From: Octopus vulgaris | Lineage: Eukaryota | Direction of reading: 5' to 3' | DNA length: 64,000 bases | Assembly: GCA_951406725.2 (NCBI GenBank) | Contig: OX597824.1 | Location: 68,076,001 to 68,140,000 of the forward strand | In this document: positions 1-35,493 of the stretch, piece by piece | How positions within the stretch are numbered: the first letter of the stretch is position 1 | Layout of the letters: every line of letters begins with the position of its first letter | Position numbers and translations under genes: made by a program | Notes under the pieces: generated by a model | Database searches by the model: none | What the model was told of the DNA's origin: nothing | Seen by the model: the letters and a program-made list of their open reading frames with translations, nothing else

Positions 1-549
1 GGGTTATTAGCTAATATTCAATTGGGTATACAACAAAATTTTACGATAGAATTTGTTATTCTGGGGAACTTTCTAATACCCATAATAATATTTATGGCAA
101 AATAGGCCTTAATTTCATTTAAGGTTGTGGGAAATAACAAACTATCGTTTCTTTCGCTTTGTTTAGGTTGAGATCAAATACCACATGCTTTTTTTTTCAG
201 TCATAGAGTTAGATTTATGAAGGTCTTCAGTAGAAAATCCTTCGAATTCTGACTCGTTGCTTGATATAATGAAATTCGTATCCATTTTTTGTCAGAATTA
301 CAAATTTTGAAAACACAATAGGAACAAATTTCGGAAAAAAATCTCCCATAATTCACGGAATTAAAATTACACTTCGATTTTTGTACAAAACTGTAGTTGA
401 ACTGTTTACGAAGTATAATACGTGTTTTCACGAATGTTCTAAAGAGATTTACTCTGATATTCTCATTTAAATATGAATAGGTAAATTCGGGCGGCTTGGT
501 CACATTAACCAAAATTTTTTTCGGGCGGTTTGGTAACGAAAGGGTTAAA
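1..549. mobile_element. End of a probable piggyBac-type non-autonomous element
   Basis: Ends in ...gtaacgaaagggTTAA (CCCTT-type terminus next to a TTAA site); the other end is not visible. Confidence 0.35.
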
Positions 550-953
550 CGGATGCATACATTTATTAATAACTATATATAAGTGTCGTCTGTTTATACA
601 TAAACACTGTTTCATACTGCAATTATATATACATATATCTATATATAATATTATATAATAAAATATATACAGAGTAAAATAAAAACCAATTTACCTTTTG
701 TGTATTGTTATTCGACCGTCCGTGTGTCTTTGCAAATGTGTTGGAATGATAAGTGAGTTGTGTTTTGGCGCCTTCTTTTACTAATAACAAACACACACGT
801 GTTTGTATGTAGTTGTTTGAAACGTTTGTGTTTGCCACTCTCATATATGTATGTGTATGCGTGTGTGTGAGGAATGACACACACACACTCACGCACGCAC
901 GCACACATGTACATCAATGCTTTTATGAACGTCATAGAGAGAAACAAATATTA

Positions 954-1020
954 CATCGCCATCGCCATAGCCATCGCCATCGCCATAGCCATCGCCATAG
1001 CCATAGCCATCGCCATCGCA
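954..1020. repeat. (CATCGC/CATAGC)n hexamer microsatellite
   Basis: Directly visible; gives the HRHSHR artefact ORF. Confidence 0.9.
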
Positions 1021-1231
1021 TTCTATTTTCTACCTGTCAACACACAGTGAATTAGTTTCAGTTTATTCATTGCACACTGTGTGTGTGCGTTTGCGTGTGG
1101 TGTAAACCAGACTAAGAAAAGCATTTGACACACACACCAGAATGTGAGTTTTCCGTAAATTTTGCTTAATTGGAGTTTAAATTTTAAAAACTGGACCTGG
1201 CATGACGCGATGCATTGTACTCTTAAAATTG

Positions 1232-1321
1232 CTAGGTAAATTGTAATTGAAGAAATCCTATATTGTAGATTTGTATAACTCCCAAAGGGAGGCAGATAAA
1301 ATCTGCCTTTTATAATAAGAG
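1232..1321 (-). mobile_element. Helitron 5' terminal fragment, same family as 47075-47169
   Basis: Shares aattgaagaaat(c/t)ctatattgtaga...ggcaga.aaaatctgccttttat.ataaga with the Helitron 5' end at 47075-47169. Confidence 0.55.
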
Positions 1322-1758
1322 ATATATAATGATAAATCTTAGAGCGAGTTATGAACAGTAGCGGCAACACATCGTGACGCATATTTGCCATTTGAATATG
1401 GCTAACCCCTAAGGGTGGATGCTACTGTAGTTTGTAGCCCCAGGAAGACACCTCCTCCTGCTGGCTATAGACACACTTTCTGTGCCCTATCAGTATTTGT
1501 GAAGGGAAGTCATCCTTCCCGTCTTCAACTTATGATACACACGGACTCGAGTTTCAAGGTATTGACCTATCATCGGCGTGTGACAATCATAGTTGTCGAC
1601 GAGAAGTCAGTTCCCCTCACAAATACATATACTTTTTCCAGTATCGATTGACACTGATATTGAAAAAGTGAAATCAAACAATGATAAATCTCAGAGCAAG
1701 TTATAAACAGTAGCGGCAACACATCGTGACGCATATTTGCTATTCGAATATTTGCCAT

Positions 1759-1835
<77 letters not shown>

Positions 1836-2470
1836 GCATACAGGTTTTCAGAACGTGAATCTAAAAATCTGAAAAAAAGGAAGCCTAAGATTGAGCGCTT
1901 GTTCATCTTCTTTAATTTCGATTTTTAATATGCAGTTATTCCTATTGTATGATGGGTTCTGCAGAATTTTCGTCTTATAAGTGTTATTAACATGTGATAT
2001 GTGCGGTGAAGTGACAGAATTGTTGGAGCATCAGACACATTACTTTAAATTTATTATTATTTTTCTTTCTTTTGTATATTTAATTTTGAATGAGAGAACA
2101 GCACACGCCATCAATGTGACGCTGAAGTACAAATATACGAAGCGCAATATATTCATCAGGACTAAAAAGTAGCATTTCGTCGGTTACAACGAGGAGGGTT
2201 CCAGTTGATCTAATTAACGTAACAGCATATTTCGACATCTCGTGTCTTCCACAGGTTCAGAAAATGAACTTGTCAATCTACTTCATTTTGCTTAATATTT
2301 ATAGGACTGAGGTAACTCCTCTAGAAGATATAGAAGCAAAAATAGAAGAATGCCCTTGTTATTCTATTTTACAAGAGTGCCCTTGTTATTTTATTTTTTT
2401 AACCAGTGGATTACACACGAGATGTCGAAATATCGTTCACTTGATAACAATGGCACTCTTCTATGTTTGC

Positions 2471-2473
<3 letters not shown>

Positions 2474-2522
<49 letters not shown>

Positions 2523-2541
2523 TTTATTATTGTTGTTGTTG

Positions 2542-2611
<70 letters not shown>

Positions 2612-2630
2612 CATCATCATCATCATCATT
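2474..2630. repeat. (ATT)n/(GTT)n/(ATC)n compound microsatellite
   Basis: Directly visible. Confidence 0.95.
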
Positions 2631-2634
2631 AGGG

Positions 2635-3095
2635 GGTGGACAGTGAGCTGGCAGAATCGTTACCTCACCGGGAAATGTGCTTAGCTGCATTTCGTCCGTC
2701 TTTACGTTCTGAGTTCACATTCCATCAAGGTCGACTTTGCCTTCCATCCTTTTGCGGTCAATAAAATAAGCAGCAGTGGAACACTAGGGTGGATATAATC
2801 GACTAGTAGAAAGGATTATAATAATAATAATTATTATTATTATTATCATTATTATTATTACTTGAAAGTTACTTACGGGCAGCGGATTAGTAGAATCGTT
2901 AGAACAAAATATCTTGTAATTCTTCCTGTCGTTTTTGTTCTCAGTTCAAATCCACTGGAGATCAACTTTTCCTTGTCATCACTTCGAGGCCAACAAAATG
3001 AACTATCAGTGAAATATTGGGTGTGGGTGTCAACGTAATCAACTAACTCCTCCCCTCAAAATTGGCCGACCTTATGCTGAAATCGAAAACAATTA
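2635..3095 (+). mobile_element. Two degenerate tRNA-derived SINEs (family 1)
   Basis: gagctggcagaatcgtt...ctgagttca.att...gtcgactttgcctt.catcctt consensus shared with 21310-21545. Confidence 0.75.
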
Positions 3096-3184
3096 TTTAA
3101 AAGGTAATAAAGGATAGAATCCATAATGCACTGAATATCTTGCAGCACTTATTTACGTCCGTTTAAACTATAATCATAGGGGTT

Positions 3185-3525
3185 TCAAATGCCAGGTTTT
3201 GCAGATTACCCAGTGAATATATTGTACAGATCTATCATGCCTGTTGAGATACTTTGTAGGCGCTAGAAGACTGCACTTGGAGACAACATGATCAATGGTT
3301 TCATTTTGTTGTTGACATACACGACATGTTGGGCTACTGCCGTTCTTTAATATGTTGGCCTGGTAGTTCCTTGTTGGCAGGCATTGATCTTGAGCTGCTA
3401 TGATAAACCCTTCTGTTTCAGATGTTAAGCCAGAGGCCATTAGCCATTGATGTATCAAGGCTTTGTCAACCTCTGCATTATTCGCTCTCTTTGGGTATTT
3501 TCCACAGAGAGGTTTTTCTTGCCAA
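3185..3525 (-). mobile_element. R4/Dong-clade non-LTR retrotransposon fragment (CCHC finger before the RLE domain)
   Basis: SETEGFIIAAQDQ...CRVCQQQNETIDHVVSKC...RHD; near-identical to 6210-6550. Confidence 0.85.
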
Positions 3526-3967
3526 CAACAGTTTCTTGTTTGTTTCCACTAATACAGGAAATAAATTGTGCTCAAAATTGTTAATTTCTTACAATTTACC
3601 AACTAGATTGTTGTGTCATGTAAGTTTTAAAAGTAAAATTTAGTAGTTAATGCAGTATAGAATTTTGGTTCACGGTTAATTTCTAATTTATATTCTGCTG
3701 CACACATATGTTTGATTAAATCCCTGTAGTTACGTGACTTATGTAAATTCAGTGTTAATGCACTTGGGAAGTTTGTACATATATTTTAGTTTTAAGTAAA
3801 AAAATAATTTACCAGATTTAAACTTATATTCTCGCACCAAAGAATGGTACATAATTCCAGTAATTTATATATTGGAAAATTCATACGATCTGACTTTATT
3901 CCCTCATACATATATATATATATATTGATAAACGGTAAAATCTAGATCTACCGAGAACGGAAACAAT

Positions 3968-26920
<22,953 letters not shown>

Positions 26921-27362
26921 ATATCGTTAGAAAACGCTGTAACAATACGACAAATATATCAACGATATAATCGTTACAATATGAGGAGACTAGATATAAT
27001 CAGAGTTAAGAATGATTACATTTTTTTTTAAATTCAAAATACGAAGGTCATATTTCTCTAACATATCTATAAAATATATTATGATTATAGCAAATTTTTG
27101 ACTCTTTCTTCTATCATTAGACGGCAAAGGGCTCTTCACCAAATGTCTTTCTCTCCTATAATCTCCGGTTAAATGTATTTAGCTATTTCAGACAATATGC
27201 TTGTATACCTGTATATATGTAATTGTGTGTTTATGCATGAGTGTATGTCTATCTATCTACCTATCTAGCTATCTCGCTATCCATCTATGCGTATATCTGT
27301 CTTTCTCGCTCCCTTTGCAGAAATATGTGTGAGGGTGTATGCATATATATGTGTGTGTATGC

Positions 27363-27427
<65 letters not shown>

Positions 27428-27428
<1 letters not shown>

Positions 27429-27891
27429 AAAAAATAAGACAACAAAGCCAAAGCTGTGTGGAATTTTCAGGACATTTATAAAGAGAAAGTTAGTCTTACA
27501 GCTGTTTCAGGGATATTAGGGATATCCCTTCATCAGAGACGATGTGAGATGGTTAAATAGAGGAAAAATTAGAGTTCAATATAGGGAGTTATTTTGGAAA
27601 AGAAAGTAAATAAGGAGTATACAGGGAAATAGGAGAATGAATACACAAATAAAAATGTATAAAGATGTTATAATTGCAGTTCCATTATCTGAGGAAAGTG
27701 GTAGAAATGCTTCTTAGTGGTATGTAAATTCCAATGGAAGTTCATATTTTATCATCACAAATGAAAAGTGTGGAGACGTAGATTCCATGTGCTGTACATT
27801 CAAATGGATCTTGTGGTGTGAATGAAAATATAAGAATGTAGTGGTAGAGAGGGGAGAAGAGATGTGTATGTTAAAATGAAGTGAGAGGTCA
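27428..27891 (-). mobile_element. Penelope-like terminal (pLTR-like) repeat with hammerhead; inverted partner at 29951-30450
   Basis: Colinear reverse-complement similarity with 29951-30450; contains the hammerhead motif. Confidence 0.7.
27493..27540 (-). ncRNA. Minimal type I hammerhead ribozyme
   Basis: Minus strand: gucu CUGAUGA agggauau-cccua-auaucccu GAAAC agcu GUA^ agac; perfect stems I and II, palindromic loop III. Confidence 0.88.
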
Positions 27892-27930
27892 TGCATACAT
27901 GCACACGTACACACACATACAGGCGCACAC

Positions 27931-28012
<82 letters not shown>

Positions 28013-28195
28013 AAAGGGCTTAGTAAAATAAATTACTTCGCCGCATACTGAACTCATTAGAAATAGCAGCCCAAAAACTTTTTTAAAGCTATTTCTAATA
28101 CTTAAAGAAAATCTCTCTCATATATAGCGTTTGCCTAATTCAACTCACAAAAGTTTGGGGGTAAGGACATTAAAAAATCAAATGCTAAGGTTATT

Positions 28196-28247
28196 TGAGT
28201 ACGTACGTTTCAAGATTAGTCAAAACAACACTTCTATCTTCAGCTCA
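28196..28247 (-). ncRNA. Minimal type I hammerhead ribozyme, unit 1
   Basis: Minus strand: ugag CUGAAGA uagaagu...acuaaucuu GAAAC guac GUA^ cuca; stem I perfect, stem II irregular. Confidence 0.75.
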
Positions 28248-28741
28248 GAAATTCCTTGGTTTGGATTTGGAAACACTGAAAGTAAGAACATACCCTTTCG
28301 AAGATTCGCTCGTTACTAACAGTGCCAACAAACCCAAAATAAGCAAGTGAAGAATTTCTGTCCTCCCCTTTCCACCAGCGTGGGTTAAAATCATCAAACG
28401 CTATGCTTATTTCGGTAAAATCCGAAGCATTAATTAGAGGGAGATTAATTATAATTTCAACAATTGAGGGTAAAATTAATTAATTATTAATCAATTTCAC
28501 CAAGTGTTCAGTATGCAAAGGGACCATTTAAGGCGAATTCAAATTATTACATTATATAAAAGGGCTTAGTAAAATAAATTACTTCGCCGCATACTGAACT
28601 CATTAGAAATAGCAGCCAAAAAACTTTTTTAAAGCTATTTCTAATACTTAAAGAAAATCTCTCTCATATATAGCGTTTGCCTAATTCAACTCACAAAAGT
28701 TTGGGGGTAAGGACATTAAAAAATCAAATGCTAGGGTTATT

Positions 28742-28793
28742 TGAGTACGTACGTTTCAAGATTAGTCAAAACAACACTTCTATCTTCAGCTCA
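28742..28793 (-). ncRNA. Minimal type I hammerhead ribozyme, unit 2
   Basis: Identical to unit 1. Confidence 0.75.
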
Positions 28794-29286
28794 GAAATTC
28801 CTTGGTTTGGATTTGGAAACACTGAAAGTAAGAACATACCCTTTCGAAGATTCGCTCGTTACTAACAGTGCCAACAAACCCAAAATAAGCAAGTGAAGAA
28901 TTTCTGTCCTCCCCTTTCCACCAGCGTGGGTTAAAATCATCAAACGCTATGCTTATTTCGGTAAAATCCGAAGCATTAATTAGAGGGAGATTAATTATAA
29001 TTTCAACAATTGAGGGTAAAATTAATTAATTATTAATCAATTTCACCAAGTGTTCAGTATGCAAAGGGACCATTTAAGGCGAATTCAAATTATTACATTA
29101 TATAAAAGGGCTTAGTAAAATAAATTACTTCGCCGCATACTGAACTCATTAGAAATAGCAGCCAAAAAACTTTTTTAAAGCTATTTCTAATACTTAAAGA
29201 AAATCTCTCTCATATATAGCGTTTGCCTAATTCAACTCACAAAAGTTTGGGGGTAAGGACATTAAAAAATCAAATGCTAGGTTATT

Positions 29287-29338
29287 TGAGTACGTACGTT
29301 TCAAGATTAGTCAAAACAACACTTCTATCTTCAGCTCA
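29287..29338 (-). ncRNA. Minimal type I hammerhead ribozyme, unit 3
   Basis: Identical to unit 1. Confidence 0.75.
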
Positions 29339-29722
29339 GAAATTCCTTGGTTTGGATTTGGAAACACTGAAAGTAAGAACATACCCTTTCGAAGATTCGC
29401 TCGTTACTAACAGTGCCAACAAACCCAAAATAAGCAAGTGAAGAATTTCTGTCCTCCCCTTTCCACCAGCGTGGGTTAAAATCATCAAACGCTATGCTTA
29501 TTTCGGTAAAATCCGAAGCATTAATTAGAGGGAGATTAATTATAATTTCAACAATTGAGGGTAAAATTAATTAATTATTAATCAATTTCACCAAGTGTTC
29601 AGTATGCAAAGGGACCATTTAAGGCGAATTCAAATTATTACATTATATAAAAGGTCCCTTTGCATACTGAACACTTGGTGAAATTGATTAATAATTAATT
29701 AATTTTACCCTCAATTGTTGAA

Positions 29723-29753
<31 letters not shown>

Positions 29754-29809
29754 AACATACGTACATAATCTGCATACGTACGCATATGCATGTCTATATG
29801 TGTAGTATT

Positions 29810-30450
29810 AAACAATTAAAATAAGATTAGATAGTTAATAAATTTTATGGAAAGTCAAATAGGGTTGTTGGGGGTTACCTAAGTGATGTTCGGGATATGT
29901 GCTGTGTGGTTATTTAGCTTTCATTTAGATTTGTGGTAAAATTTTCCTTTTGACCCCTCGCTTCATTTTAACATACACATCTCTTCTCCCCTCTCTATAT
30001 ACTTAATACTACCACTACGTTCTCAAATTTCCGTTCACACCACAAGACACCTCTGAATGAACAGCACATGGAATCTACATCTCCACACTTTCCATTTGTG
30101 ATGACAAAACATGAACTCCTATTGGAATTTACATACCACGGACAGGAAGCATTTCTACCACTTCTACATACCACATTCTTTGGATAATGAAACTGCAACT
30201 ATAAAATGTTTATACATTATTATTCTCTTATTCTCTTATTCTCTTATTCCCCTAAATACACATTAGCTTCTTTTCCAAAATAACTCCTCATATTGAACTC
30301 TAATATTTTCCTCTATTTAACCATCTCACATCATCTCTGATGAAGGGATATTACAAATATCCCAGAAACAGCTGTAAGACTAACTTTCTCTTCATACATG
30401 TCCTGAAAATTCCACACAGCCTTGGCTTTTTTGTTTCATTGTTTTAAAAA
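29810..30450 (+). mobile_element. Penelope-like terminal repeat with hammerhead (inverted partner of 27428-27891)
   Basis: Colinear similarity from 29951; hammerhead motif. Confidence 0.7.
30333..30380 (+). ncRNA. Minimal type I hammerhead ribozyme
   Basis: aucu CUGAUGA agggauauu-aca-aauauccca GAAAC agcu GUA^ agac. Confidence 0.8.
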
Positions 30451-30561
30451 TATACATGCTCATACAAGACCCGCATTAAACTCCTTACTCATATCATTAT
30501 CGAACCGAGAGTTTAACTAGAGTCCTTGCGTAACGCTTACATCTTCTGGATACCAATACAC

Positions 30562-30615
<54 letters not shown>

Positions 30616-30719
30616 GACAGAAAATGGAGAATAAAAATATAAGATTTTAGGATAAGTTTCTTACGTTTGAAGCATTTATTAGTTTTGTAGTTGGATTCAT
30701 ATTAATAGAGTTTCTTCTT

Positions 30720-30790
<71 letters not shown>

Positions 30791-30929
30791 TATCATTATT
30801 ATTATTGTTATTATTATTATTATCATTATTATTATTGTTACTATTATTATTACTATTATTATCAATAATATTATTATTATTATTATTATTATTTATTATT
30901 ATTATTATAACTATTGGAATGATTGTTTT

Positions 30930-31500
30930 TATTTGTATTGTTATGCTTATTAATTCAAAGTATAGGTTCATTTTCATCTATAGACAATTTATCATTTATC
31001 TTGCTGGCTGTTTGAGAGTTAGCATTATTTTGAAATTTAATTTTATGTGTATACGCTGCCTTAGCTAATGCTGAGTTATAATAGTCTTTAATATTAAAAA
31101 TTTCTTTGTTAGATGAGAGGTAATTCTGTGTTGAATATTTTTAACTAAACATTTAGTTATTGTTTGGGGATGATTACTATCCTAATTAATATAAGTTAAC
31201 TTTGAATTAGATTTTTGATATAGTGCATGGTTGCCTGTGAGTAGGTTAAGGTTTACATCTAATAAATGTACGGAATTATGCTCATTTTCTACAGAAATTT
31301 TCAAGCTAAATGTATTAAAGAATTAGTGAAATTTCTTCCTGTATTTTCTAATTTTATGTTACTGGTAATTTTAATTATAAATAATGCATCGTCTCTATAT
31401 AACCCTCCGGCTATTTCTGGAAATTCATTAATGAACTTGTACAGAATATAAATTCCTGCAATTTCAGAGTAAGCCCTTCTATTTATAAATGTTCTGAAAT
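30930..31500 (-). mobile_element. Penelope-like retroelement RT remnant
   Basis: EIAGIYIL...GLYRDDAL catalytic motif, LLDVNLNL and YINRDSNHP thumb motif on the minus strand, with frameshifts. Confidence 0.78.
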
Positions 31501-33097
31501 CCTTCACAGCCTTGGATTTTTATCTCATTCTGTAAATATTTTTATATATTCATATATATATGAATACTGTTCACATTCATACATCTATACAGCAGTATAA
31601 ATACGTGTATAGAGATGCTTGTAATTATCATTCAAAATTTTGAGGATGTAATTTTCTCGTAAGAGATTGTTAGTAACAATCCAAATGCCAACTGGCTTTA
31701 TCAAATATATTGAAAGAAAGTACCTCAATATATATGTATAAACAGTCTAATGAATTATAGAAATAATAAAAGAAAATGATGAAGAAAAATTATAATAGAT
31801 ACTTGGTTCATTTTATTTGTACCACAATGAAAAACTAATGCAAAATAAAAGTGAATCCGATAAGGATAAGGATAAAAGAAACCGGATCAACAAAACAACC
31901 AAGATATATCGGAAAAAAATTTTACACATGTTTCAATCCGACAGTATGTTCGAATCATCAACATTCAAACGATTATAGATGTAAGAAACCATATATTGCC
32001 GGGTATCTCCAGGGAAAAGTAAGTATATTTTCCGGTCTTGAATTACGAAATAACTAATTTGTGGACTGTGTTTTGAAATTTTCAAATGTAAATAACAACC
32101 TACTAGTACGCGGAGTTAATGTGATTAGATATCGATCGTTGAAATTTGGCTAATATTGATCGTTGAAATGTTGCTAAAACATCAAATGCATTAGAAAAAT
32201 ATATTTATAAAAGTTTATGGGAGGAATATGGGATAAAGAAAAATGTAACGCCTTAAAGATGAAGGAACTTCATACGAAATTAAATGGAGAAGAATAGAAC
32301 TGCCGGACCCTGTATAAACTGCTGCGGATGATGCAAACTTTACATTGTAGAGTAGGCAAGGATCCTTAACTAGGCTCGCTGGACCCGGATTCTCTCTTAA
32401 ACTCAAGACACGACATCTATACCCTTGCCCCAATTTCAAACGCTACCTGCTGCAGGCGTGAGATTTCTCGTTCGTCGCTTAGGGATGTAAAATTTATTTG
32501 CAGGCCGGAACCAACCTAGGGGTGGAAATTCCCGTTCACACTTTAGGTCCATAAGATTTGCTGCCTGGACCGGACTAGGGGTGATAACTCGTCCCGTTTA
32601 AGGCCTAGGCTGTGTATATTATTCTTTTGTTTACAAATTAACTGACCGTAACGGTTCTCTACTTCCAAGCTGAAGAGAGATTAAATGCCCATGGTCATTG
32701 AAGCTCCAGCCGTGCTAGTGTGTGTGTTTGGGTGTATAACGTTTCCATTACAAACGGTACTTTTTAATTCGGAATTTAACTAACACAAGTGCATTGCCGT
32801 TGCATATCATCTAACAATTTTCACACTATTTGTATATAGCAATACACTAGGGATTCAGTTGATTCTAGGTTCGAACCAGGCGCGTGGTGTTCATAAGCCA
32901 CACAGTATTAGCGAAATATTGGAAATGTTGATATCCGCCACTCTTGATTCAATCGGGACGTATTGTCTCACTTTTTCTATAACTTCAGGTCTTTTAACAC
33001 CCAGCATTATTAGGCAGTCTCTCCCCAAACAATAAACTGCAGCAAGTTTGGCGAATAAACAGAACACATGCACTGTGGATGAACGATCGATAATGTT

Positions 33098-33149
<52 letters not shown>

Positions 33150-33669
33150 AGGCAATGAAGAAAATGGAGAAGATAATTAATTGACAAACATTAGCTAGAT
33201 CTATTTATTAATTGCAATCATATGAATAAATAAGAATAAATGGGTGAATATAGCATGCCAAAGTTGACATATCATACAAAAATTATACAAAAATTGTACA
33301 AAAAATTGAACAAATATTGGATAAAAATTGAACCTCAAAGCTTCATCAGAGAGTCCCTAATGGTAAGAATTAAACAAGTAAAAAAGTAAAATAAAATGAT
33401 AAAAAGTAGTAAAAATTAGTAAAAAAGTAAATTCCAAGGTAATATCCAGATGTTGTGAGATCACATCTTATTTCAATCTAATGGGGGAGATAGTGAAGAT
33501 AAAACGTTATGGGGTGGGGTTAATGTGATGATCCATATAACAGGGGTCATTAGTTAGAAACTAAAAACTATGCAAAAGAATAGTAATAAAATTTAGTTAA
33601 TGTAAACATAGTTGGGGAAATCATTACGTAATAATATCATTATAAATTAAGTGTGCTGTTATTACTCTC

Positions 33670-34035
33670 TCTCTTTTTACTTGTTTCAGTCATTTGACTG
33701 CGGCCATGCTGGAGCACCGCCTTTCGTCGAGCAAATCGACCCCCGGAATTATTCTTTGTAAGCCTAGTACTATCCTGTTTTGCCGAACCGCTAAGTTACG
33801 GGGACGTAAACACACCAGCATCGGTTGTTGGGAAGACAAACACAGACACACAAACATTTACGCACACACACATATATACGACGAGCTTCCTTCAGTTTCC
33901 GTCTACCAAATCCACTCACAAGGCCTTGGTTGGCCCGAGGCTACAGTAGAAGACACTTGACTAAGGTGCCACGCAGTGGGACTGAACCCGGATCCATGTG
34001 GTTGGTAAACAAACTATTTACCGCACAGCCACTCC
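33670..34035 (-). mobile_element. SINE family 2 copy
   Basis: Reverse complement of 23311-23722. Confidence 0.85.
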
Positions 34036-34509
34036 TGTGCCTATGTTATTATTTACATAAAAATTATCATTATAATACTCATATGATAAGTAGAGTAACG
34101 CTATTGTCAGTCTTATAATTTAACTGGTCAGCTATTATTTAAAAACAGTAGTGTTGTTTGGGTCTGTTAAAGCTATCATTAAAATACAAAACAAATTTTT
34201 TTAAAATATTCAAGAAAAGTTTAAGAAGAAATTGTGTAAGGGGGCTTAGATACGAAGGGAGATAAGAAATAAATACGTACGGTGAAGGATCTGTTATTAT
34301 GTTATGAATACATCTAAGATAAATTTCTTATCGAAAAATAATTATCTAACTGAAAAATTTACATTTTTGTGAAATCTAGCTAAAGGGAGGTAACCGTGCA
34401 AAAGATTTAAATATTAAAATACCAATTACTCCTCATGCATTTCAACATTTCAATATTGCCATAAGCTATATGTCTAGTGAAATGAATTTGATATTTGTTC
34501 GGTTCTGTA

Positions 34510-35120
34510 AAGCGACAAGCTGATAGAATCGTTTGAACGCCGGGGAAAATGCTTAGCGGCATTTAGTCGGTCTTTATGTCATTAGTTCAAATTACGCCGA
34601 GGTCGACTTTGCCTTTCATGCTTTCGGGGTCGATAAAATATGTTGGATAAAATAAGTAGAGATAAAATAAATCGATAAAATAAGTTGAACACAGAGGTCG
34701 ATGTAAATGTCTTACCCCTTTTTCACGAAATTTCTGGCCTGGTGCCAAAATTTGATGCTAACAATTCTGCTAGCTCGCCACCTTCTGTTTTCCAGTTTTG
34801 GCACAATGCCAGCAATTTTGAGAAGGAGGAAGAGGCCAGTCGATTATATCATCTTCAGTACGTAACTGATACTTTATTTTATCGATCATGAAAGATGATA
34901 GGCAAGGTAGACTTCAGTTGCATTTTAAATTAGAACGTAGAGCGATGGAAGAAATGCTTCTTAATTTCTTACATTCTGAGTACAAATTCTGCTGAGATCC
35001 AGTTTGCCTTTTATTCTTTCGGGGTCGATAAAATAAGTACTAGTTGAGTACTGATGTCGACGTATTCGACTTACCCCTCTCACAAAATTCGGGCTTTATG
35101 CCTATAGCAGAAAGGATTAT
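34510..35120. mobile_element. Cluster of degenerate family 1 SINEs in both orientations
   Basis: Consensus fragments. Confidence 0.65.
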
Positions 35121-35493
35121 TATTATTCCATATACGCTCAACAGGTTAGACTGTTAGAAAAGAAAAATTCCTAACATCAGGCTACAACAAGTAACCTTAG
35201 ATGCCAAAATCCCACCTACTTATCCTAGCTGCCCCTAATAACCCTGTTTTCTGGAGCTGTACTAAATTGGGTTTTATGCCTATTTCCTCTATCCCTCTAT
35301 TCAAATCTTTTGGGATAGTTCCTAGTGCACACATAGCTACAGGTATACATTATACTCGCACTTTCCATCGTCTCTGTAAGTCAATGGCTAGGTCCCAGTA
35401 CTTAGATATTTTCTCTATACCTCTAATATTGTAAAGTCCATTATATGGAACTTTCTATTCTCTCTATCAACTACTACTAAATCAGGCCTTGTC

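Larger units (their letters stand above)
28006..29723 (-). repeat. 3 x 546-bp tandem array (retrozyme-like, one hammerhead per unit) plus a 70-bp inverted terminal piece, inserted in (TA)n
   Basis: taaaagg recurs at 28011, 28557, 29103, 29648; units differ at only a few positions; 29653-29723 is the reverse complement of a segment near the unit end. Confidence 0.92.

Noticed and set aside
28131-29441. Three repeated 62-72 aa ORFs (MPNSTHKSLG...) as a tandem small-protein gene family
   Set aside because: They start at TTG, have no recognisable domain, are frameshifted in unit 3 and lie antisense to the hammerheads; they are by-products of the repeat.
28006-29654. CRISPR-like array
   Set aside because: Whole units are repeated with no unique spacers; eukaryotic context; no cas genes.
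33335-33360. CUGAUGA core on the minus strand
   Set aside because: No downstream GAAA-NUH half within a plausible distance.
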